Shown here: in pieces, positions 40,936-49,100 of the stretch
Position numbering within the stretch: position 1 is the stretch's first letter
Layout: each line of letters opens with the position of its first letter
Assembly (NCBI GenBank): GCA_002104945.1
Contig: MCFH01000006.1
Coordinates: 1,054,001 to 1,118,000 of the forward strand
Direction of reading: 5' to 3'
DNA length: 64,000 bases
Source of the DNA: Piromyces finnis finn
Taxonomy: Eukaryota; Fungi; Neocallimastigomycota
Notes under the pieces: model-generated
What the model saw: the letters and a program-made list of their open reading frames with translations, nothing else
The model's database searches: none
Told to the model about the DNA's origin: nothing
Program-made: the position numbers and the translations under genes

Positions 40936-43218
40936 ATGCCATCTATTAGATCTGCTCTTGCTCTTCTTGGTGCTACTGCCGTTTTAGCCGCTCCAATGAC
41001 TAAGCGTGCTAGTGATGAATACGCTCAACGTGCTATTGACCACTACAACAAAATTACTGGTAATGGTTCTTACCAATCTGAATACTTCTCTCCAGAAAAT
41101 GTTCCATACCACTCTGTTGAAACTCTTATGGTTGAAGCTCCAGATCACGGTCACGAATCCGTCTCTGAAACCTACTCCTTCTGGGTTTGGTTAGAAGCTG
41201 TTAACGGTAAGCTTACCGGTGATTACTCTGGTGTTGAAACTGCCTGGAGCTACTTAGAAAAGCACTTAATTCCAGACAGCAAGAACCAACCAGGTAACAG
41301 CAAGTACAATCCATCTTCTCCAGCTACTTATGCTCCAGAAGATGATGATATTGAAAACTACCCAGCTAAGCTTGTTTTCCAAGACGGTATTGTTGGTGAA
41401 GATCCAATTGCTAAGGAACTTCAACAAGCCTACGGTAACTGGGATATCTACGCCATGCACTGGATTATTGATGGTGATAACTGGTACGGTTACGGTCAAC
41501 AAGGTGATGGTAAGTCTAAGCCATCCTTCATTAATACTTTCCAACGTGGTCCATCTGAATCTACTTGGAAGACTGTTCCACACCCATGCTGGGAAACCAT
41601 GAAATGGGGTGGTCGTAACGGTTTCTTAGATCTTTTCACTGGTGATAACTCTTACGCTAAGCAATGGAGATACACTGCTGCTCCAGATGCCGATGCTCGT
41701 GCCATTCAAGCCGCTTACTTCGGTTGGTTATGGGCTCAAGAAGATGGTCAAGATCTTTCTTCTGTTGCTTCTAAGGCTGCCAAGCTTGGTGATTACTTAC
41801 GTTACGCTCAATACGATAAATATTTCAAGAAGATCGGTAACTGTGTTGATTACCAAAGATGTTCTGCTGGTCGTGGTAAGAACTCTGCTCACTACCTTAT
41901 CTCCTGGTACTTCGCCTGGGGTGGAGGTTTACAAGGTGACTGGGCCTGGAGAATTGGTTCCTCCCACACTCACACTGGTTACCAATCTCCATTAGCTGCC
42001 TGGATTCTTTCCACTCAACCTGCCTTCAAGCCAAAGTCTTCTAATGGTGCTAAGGATTGGGCTACTTCCATGGACCGTCAATTAGAATTATTCAGATGGT
42101 TACAAACTCCAGAAGGTTGTATTGCTGGTGGTGCCACTAACTCATGGCAAGGTCAATACGCTCAACCATCCAGTGACATTACTACCTTCTATGGTATGTG
42201 GTACGACTGGCAACCAGTTTACCACGACCCACCATCCAACAACTGGACTGGTATGCAAGGTTGGGGTATGGAACGTGTCTGTTCCATGTACTACCTTTCT
42301 GGTAACGAAAAGGCTGGTCTTGTCTGTAAGAACTGGGCTCAATGGGTTAAGGACACTACTCGTGTTAACGGTGGTGAAGTTATCCACGCTACTAACTTAG
42401 GTTGGGATGGTAATCCAGATGAATGGAAGGCCTCTAACTTCAATAAGTCTGGTCTTAACAAATCTCTTCACGGTACTGTTACTTCTGAAGGTCTTGATCT
42501 TGGTTCCATTGCCTCTATTATGAAGGGATTAATGTGGGTTTCTATGAAGGATGGTGATGAAGAAGGTCTTTCTCTTGCTGTTTCTGTCATGGATGCCATT
42601 GAAAACTACAAGGATGATCTTGGTTACGCTGCTGAAGAACAACGTCTTGACTACGAAAAGTTCGGTGGAGAAGTTTACATTCCATCTGGCTGGACTGGTA
42701 AGAATGCTCAAGGTGCTAACCTTCAAAACGGTGTCACTTTCATTGACATTCGTCCAAAGTACAAGGAAGATCCAGACTGGTACCAAGTTGAAGACTTCCT
42801 TAATGGCGGTAACCCACCAACCTTCACTTACCACAGATTCTGGGGTCAAACCGAAATTATGGTTGCCAATGGTCTTATCTCTATTTACGATTTAGGTAAA
42901 TACGGTAAGGGTAACACTGGTGGTAACACTGGTGGTAACACTACCAAGCCAGGTAAGTGTTCTGCTGCTATTACTAGACAAGGTTACAAGTGCTGTTCTA
43001 AGAATTGCCAAGTTGTTTACACTGATGGTGATGGTGACTGGGGTGTTGAAAACGGTCAATGGTGTGGTTGCGGTGGTGCCGCTGAAGTTTGTCCATCTTC
43101 TATTACCTCACAAGGTTATCCATGCTGTTCATCTTGTGGTACCGTCTACTACCAAGATGCTGATGGTGACTGGGGTGTTGAAAACGGTGACTGGTGTGGT
43201 ATGCCAACTGAATGCTAA
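40936..43218 (+). CDS. cel48A: Glycoside hydrolase family 48 processive cellulase with signal peptide, GNTG linker and two C-terminal fungal (CBM10-like) dockerins
   Basis: VPYHSVETLMVEAPDHGHESVSETYS, MHWIIDGDNWYGYG, FINTFQRGPSESTW, QWRYTAAPDADARAIQAAY, SAHYLISWYFAWGG, GGATNSW, YHRFWGQ. Two YxDxDGDWGVENGxWCG dockerins. Intronless, with strongly biased codons. Confidence 0.97.
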   Translation: MPSIRSALALLGATAVLAAPMTKRASDEYAQRAIDHYNKITGNGSYQSEYFSPENVPYHSVETLMVEAPDHGHESVSETYSFWVWLEAVNGKLTGDYSGVETAWSYLEKHLIPDSKNQPGNSKYNPSSPATYAPEDDDIENYPAKLVFQDGIVGEDPIAKELQQAYGNWDIYAMHWIIDGDNWYGYGQQGDGKSKPSFINTFQRGPSESTWKTVPHPCWETMKWGGRNGFLDLFTGDNSYAKQWRYTAAPDADARAIQAAYFGWLWAQEDGQDLSSVASKAAKLGDYLRYAQYDKYFKKIGNCVDYQRCSAGRGKNSAHYLISWYFAWGGGLQGDWAWRIGSSHTHTGYQSPLAAWILSTQPAFKPKSSNGAKDWATSMDRQLELFRWLQTPEGCIAGGATNSWQGQYAQPSSDITTFYGMWYDWQPVYHDPPSNNWTGMQGWGMERVCSMYYLSGNEKAGLVCKNWAQWVKDTTRVNGGEVIHATNLGWDGNPDEWKASNFNKSGLNKSLHGTVTSEGLDLGSIASIMKGLMWVSMKDGDEEGLSLAVSVMDAIENYKDDLGYAAEEQRLDYEKFGGEVYIPSGWTGKNAQGANLQNGVTFIDIRPKYKEDPDWYQVEDFLNGGNPPTFTYHRFWGQTEIMVANGLISIYDLGKYGKGNTGGNTGGNTTKPGKCSAAITRQGYKCCSKNCQVVYTDGDGDWGVENGQWCGCGGAAEVCPSSITSQGYPCCSSCGTVYYQDADGDWGVENGDWCGMPTEC

Positions 43219-43685
43219 ATGATTTGATTATATAATATATGCTACATATTAAATAATTAATTCTTTTAGAATTTTCTTAAATAAACTTATTTTAATAATA
43301 TGTTAAAATAATAGAAAATAAAATAAAAAGAAAAAATAATAAAATTGTAAATCTTTAAAATTTATTTTTTATTTTTAATTTTGAAAATTATTTAGTTTTT
43401 CTAAATAAAAAGAAAAATAAAATAATATCTTAAAAAAAAAGGTTTTAGTAAGTTAAAAAAAATTAGATAACATTATGTAGGTATTAAATATATAATGAAA
43501 AATTAAAATGAAAAAAGAAATCAAAAAAGATTGATGTAAAATAAAAAAAGATAATATTAATGATTATTATTAAAAATAAAAAAAAAGACAAATAAGAATT
43601 AAAAAAAAAAAAAGTAACATTATATTAAAAGTGTTGTTTATTTGGATTCGATAATTTAGTGTAAATCCTATTTTACTTATAAGAA

Positions 43686-43747
43686 ATCAATCAAAGTGAA
43701 ATACTATGATAATAAATTTATTGAAACTAAAGATTTTATTAAATTAT
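43686..43747 (+). mobile_element. Short diverged relic of the same retrotransposon family immediately upstream of the array
   Basis: atcaatcaaagtgaaatactatgataataaatttattgaaactaaagattttattaaattat aligns to element-internal sequence at ~44243-44307. The last ~40 nt are identical. Confidence 0.8.
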
Positions 43748-43760
43748 ATCCTCTTGGGAA

Positions 43761-45337
43761 ATTAAAGCTCTTAATAACAAGGTTTTGAAAGGGCTTTTCT
43801 CAGTCAGTAAATTCTTAAGAAATCCTAATATTCCTATTCCTTTCAAAAAACTAGTACTTAACTCTCAAGTGATTAGCAGAGTTTCATACTTTGCACCATT
43901 ACTTGGATCCAACAAAGCTAGGTCTAGGATTGCTCAGAAGCATGTTAACAAAGGAATACGATGGGTTGCCGGAGTTCATAAAGCTGTATCGTTTATATCT
44001 TTATACTCTATCTCAAAAGATTTGAATATTCCTCCATTGTCAGCCAAATGTGCGTTAGCTCAGGTTAGATGTTTTAACAAATGGAAAAACTCAAATTGTA
44101 TTATCTCACACCTTGTCAATTACATTCCTAAATTTAGAAAATACACGTGGTGCAAATCAAGTAGGACACTTGATAAAAAATTAAAAAAACATGGAGATGT
44201 TAAAGCAGTTAAAAACTTTTATTGGAAAGATCTCAAAGGGAATTCAATCAAAGCGCAATATTATGATGATAATAAATTTATTGAAACTAAAGATTTTATT
44301 AAATTATGTTATGAGTACCCAGAGTTTGCCTATGGCTTCTACTGGCTATTGAAAGCAAGAAGCGGATACAAGTTGGATGCTAGAGTTGCCAAAGCTGCTA
44401 AATTTGTTGATCCAGTTTGTCCTAACTATTGTCCATGTTGCAAGTGTGGAGATCAAAGTATTAAACATTGGTTATTAGATTGTCCAACATTTAGAGATAT
44501 CCGTATTAAACATTATGATTCTATAGTCCAGCTATTAAATTTTTTCAGTCAACGTAATTCCAATAGTCCTATCAATAATAATGAAAATGTTAATATCAGC
44601 AGAGATAGCAATAACAGTAATAGTAATAGTAATAATATTAATAATAACAATAGTAATAATAACAATAGTAGTAATAGAAATAATAATATTAGTAATGATA
44701 GCAATAGTGAAGATAATAATTCTAATTTAGATAGTAATTTAGTTAATAATAGTAATAGTTCTAATAATCCGATGAATATTAATGTGTATGATTATTCTAG
44801 TGTGTGCAGTAAAATATTTAAATTCCTTCTTGGGGGAAGAAGTTTTAACAATATTAATTACAATTCAAGGGAATGGAAAGAACTTTGTAAGCGTCAGATT
44901 CAATCTGGTACTAACGAAGGAACACCATTCTTGACGGTAACCGCGGAACTTCTAACCAAAATCATGCCTTTTGCTATTGGCCAGCAATGGTCAATGTTCA
45001 AAAGGTTTGAAGCAACATCCAAGAGCGTCAATGCTGAAGAAACAGTAAGACAGGCCAGGAGGGCCAGCGCAACCAATGGAGATCATAATTTTGTCCCATG
45101 ATAAAATTTTGGTCTTTGGCTCGGTGTCCCATTGGAAGTCAAATACAATTATTATACTTTAGTATGATAGTGGCTTTCTTACTTTAATTAAAATTACTAG
45201 AATACATTATACCCAATTTTTATTCATTTGTGTTTATTTAAACATATTTTTTTATTTTTATTTTTATTTTTTAATTTTTTATTACATGTATTATAATTTT
45301 AATTAAATTAATAATAAAGTTTATAATATTTGATGCC

Positions 45338-45370
<33 letters not shown>
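43761..45370 (+). mobile_element. Non-LTR retrotransposon copy 1, 5'-truncated, poly(A) ~30 nt, flanked by 13-bp direct repeat atcctcttgggaa (43748-43760 / 45371-45383)
   Basis: Begins mid-ORF (matches copy 2 from ~49302). Has the post-RT region, CCHC, 3' UTR and poly(A) at 45341-45370. Confidence 0.92.
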
Positions 45371-45374
<4 letters not shown>

Positions 45375-45606
45375 TCTTGGGAACGTGCCTTCATTTATTT
45401 AATAAATGTAGTTTCTCAAGGGGGTCTACTCATGCTCATGGTACTGAGAGAGTAGAAAGAATTAAATCCAAGCATTGCGCAATGGATGCTTGGTTAGTCT
45501 TCAAGGGAAAATTATTAGGACTAAGCTCATGGTACTGAGCGATTAAAAAACATTTTATTCATCGAATTTAAGTATTTGATGAATAAGTTGAATGTTTGAT
45601 ATTCAG

Positions 45607-45947
45607 GTAAGTTTGTATAGTATTTAATTAGAAGAGTAATACATTTTGTTGCTGTATTTTTTCTTTTATTCATGTATTCTTGTAGTACTACTCTTCTCTT
45701 GTAAGAATCCAATGTAGTCAACTTTAGCATTTGCATTGTTCTTTTATATTCATGTAGCTATTGTTGTATTGTTTCTTGTAAGAGACTGATTCACTCTACA
45801 TCATGTAAAAATACTATTCACAAGCTTTCTGGTGTCGACATTCTTGATTCAAATTTTTTACCAATTTAAATATTTAATGAAAAGTAAAGTCAAACAAGTT
45901 TAGTGTCAAAAAGCGAATCGAATTTACTAACAACAAACCAAAACTAG
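45607..45947 (+). other. Candidate 341-nt spliceosomal intron in the retrotransposon 5' UTR (also 51199-51539, 56908-57248, 62526-62866)
   Basis: CAG|GTAAGT donor, TACTAAC branch point and CTAG acceptor 16 nt downstream of it, at identical spacing in four copies. Confidence 0.5.
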
Positions 45948-46142
45948 AATTTTTAAAAAGAGTTAACAACTAGAATTCAAAAAAAGAAACTTTAAACTTT
46001 AAACAAAGTATCGTAACAATTTTTGTACTATCCAGTACTTTTAAGAAGAGAGAGAGAGACAGATTTTTTCCATATACGTTATATTTATAATTTTTATTAG
46101 TATTTATTTTATGTTCAATTTTTTTAATTAGAATTAATTATC

Positions 46143-49100
46143 ATGTCAGTCCTTTATATTAAAGATAAGAATTATATCAGACGTGGTACCCGGTCTTATG
46201 GTATCCCCTTAGATGATATTCGCTCCTTCTTTATCCGTGGTATTCGATCATGGTCAGTAAATATGCTATGGGAAAAACTCGAGGTTATTCTAGAAGATAA
46301 ATTTAATTCAGTTATTAGTGTTAAATATTTTCAGACTTTCAATGATCACTTTTTCTTAGTCAAGGTTCATGGTTCATCGAAAGATTGTATTAAAATCTTA
46401 CACATGTTAAAGAAGAAACTTTCAGTTACCTCAATTTCCTTTTCAGCTCGTAGTAGAAGGAATCACAAATACACTTTTTCCACTCTCAAACGTAAAATTT
46501 TAGTTTCTAATAAACATCAACATTCTATTCAACAATCATTTCAACAATCAGTTCAACAATCTCATCAACAATCCGATCTTCAACTAGATCTTCAACAAGA
46601 TCTTCAACAAGTTTCCAATCATGAAAATATTCCAGATCTACAGCAAACACAATTTCATTCTCAACATTCAACAATTAATTCTAATAGCTCTATCAACTCT
46701 GATAACAGTTCAATAGTTGATAGTTCTTCAGTTTCACAGCCATCTAGTAATAGTTCTACTTATTCCTCTGATGCATCATCCATTAATAACGATGACTTTA
46801 ATAATAATAATAATAGCAACGATTCTTCCTCATCCAACAAGCCTGATAACTTTTCTTTTTGTCTTAGTTGGAACACCAATGGGTGGAATCACGAAAAGAG
46901 AGATAGTATTAGCTATTTCACAGCTATTTTCAAACCATTATTTTTATGTTTCCAAGAAACTGGTAATGGTTCTGGATCGAATACAGATTATCCTTGTCGT
47001 GTTACTTTGCGAAACTATAGACACTTTTTCAAGAAAGCTGACGAATCAGTTCCGGGAATGAGAGGTTTATATTTAGGTTTTCACAATTCATGTCAAGCCT
47101 CACTTGAAAACTTCTCTGGAAAGTATATTATTTCTATTTATACTTTTAGTCTCTGGAATAGATTCAAATGCTCGATTGGTAATGTTTATATGCCTCATAG
47201 TCATCACAACATCTATGTTGATCATGCAAAGTTAGAAGTTCGCTTGTGGTTACAAACTCATTCATCCCATCCATCGATTCTTGTTGGTGATTTTAATATG
47301 TCTAAAGTAAAATTATCCAACTGGTTATCAACTAATGGATTAGGAGATTGGGAAATTCTTCCGCTTAGAGGGTCTACTATCTCTTGGACTCGAGGTGATC
47401 AATCTTCCGACATTGACCATGCTCTTATCAATTCGAAGATGAAAGATCTTATTCACTCAGGATCATTTATAAATAATTTTTATCCTGTATCAGACCATAA
47501 GCCACTTCTTATTAATGGTAAAATTATTCCTATGGAAGATTTTTCTAATGACTTTAATGTTCCTAAGAAAATTCTGAAATGGAATAGATTAAAATGTATT
47601 GAGGAAAAGGAATCTATTCTCAGTCATAATAAATTCCAAATACTTTCAGCAAAATCCAACGATCCTAATGTTTCTACAGATGAACTTTCCAAAGAGTTTA
47701 CTTCAACTGCTTTCTCAATTGCAGACGAGCTCAGTATTACTTCAGCAAATAATGTTATAAAGTCTTCATTTCATATTTCACAACAAATTTTTAATCTTCA
47801 AAAAATCAAAATGAAGTTGTATAAGAGATTTAAAAAAGAAAGAATTTATGATATAGATGAATTTATTAAAAGAATTAAAATCTACCGTAAACTCATTGAT
47901 TACATCCACAAAAGATGTAATGAATTTAGGAAGCAAGAATATCTTCATTGGATTAAAACAGGATGTGAGTATATGAAGAGTCATAATCCTAAGAAGGCCT
48001 GGAAATGGATCAAGAAAACTGCAAAAATTGGAAAAGATTCTTTCTTTATTGCTCAACCAATTAAAAATAAAAATGGAGAATTAGTTGTTGCTACGGAAGA
48101 ACAACTAGAAGTGTGGCATGATCATTTCGAAAAGCTTGCATCAGACCCAAGTGGTGTAAGTCTTGATTTGGAGCATTGGTATGAAGAACCAATGAATAAA
48201 CGTTTTTCACTTCCTATGCTTGATGAGTGGGATATCAACCAAGATATTAGTATTGATGAAGTCAAGTCAGCTATCCTCACTACTCCAAATTATAAAGCAT
48301 CAGGTCCGGATGGTATTCCAATTGAATTTTACAAAGCATTAATTCCATCAAGTAATGATTCTAATAATGCTACAGATAATAATTCTTCTGGTAATACTAC
48401 TTCAGATAATGATGCTCATGGTTTAAATTTTATTCTTAAATTATTCAACCGTATTTGGGATGGAGATTTCCCCAACTCATGGAATGAATCCAGTATTGTT
48501 TCTATTCCTAAGAAGGGAGATTTGACAGATTGTGATAACTATCGAGGTATATCACTTATCAATAATGGTATTAAGTTGATTTCCAAAATTGTCACCACTA
48601 GAATCTCAGAATATGGTCTAAAGAATAATTTCATTAGACCTGAACAATTTGGTTTTCGAAAAAAGGAAGAAAGTATTAGTCTTTTCATTTCAATCCAAGA
48701 AATATGCCGTAGACGTCAATTAGATAATAAAGAGACATATTTGGCCTTTTTAGATCTCAGGAAAGCATACGATTCAGTCCCAATCGGTAATATTCTCCAT
48801 AAATTAGATTGTTTAGGAATCCGAGGTAAGAGTCTACAATTTATCAAAAATTTATATTTAACATCTAAGGCTAATGTCAAATTAGATGGACAATTCTCGA
48901 AATCTTTTGATGTGAAGAAAGGTGTCCGTCAAGGATGCCCTCTTTCTCCTATTCTCTTTAATCTCTTTATTAATGATATATTTAGAGAGTGCGAAGATCT
49001 AGGAGTCAGTTTAGGTGACACTCGATGCTGTGGTGGACTTTTTGCAGATGATATAGTTATTTGTGCTCCAACAAGAGGATGCTTAAAAAAGATGCTTAGA

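Noticed and set aside
41006-43222. Multiple alternative-frame and antisense ORFs over cel48A (and over eIF3a, 20601-21880)
   Set aside because: These are a by-product of strong codon bias that depletes stops in other frames.
45371-45560. Hammerhead, HDV-like or twister ribozyme in the retrotransposon leader
   Set aside because: ctgagagagtagaaag and ctgagcga resemble but do not match the CUGANGA...GAAA core with a stem II. I could not build an HDV nested pseudoknot or a twister core by eye. Left as an untested hypothesis.
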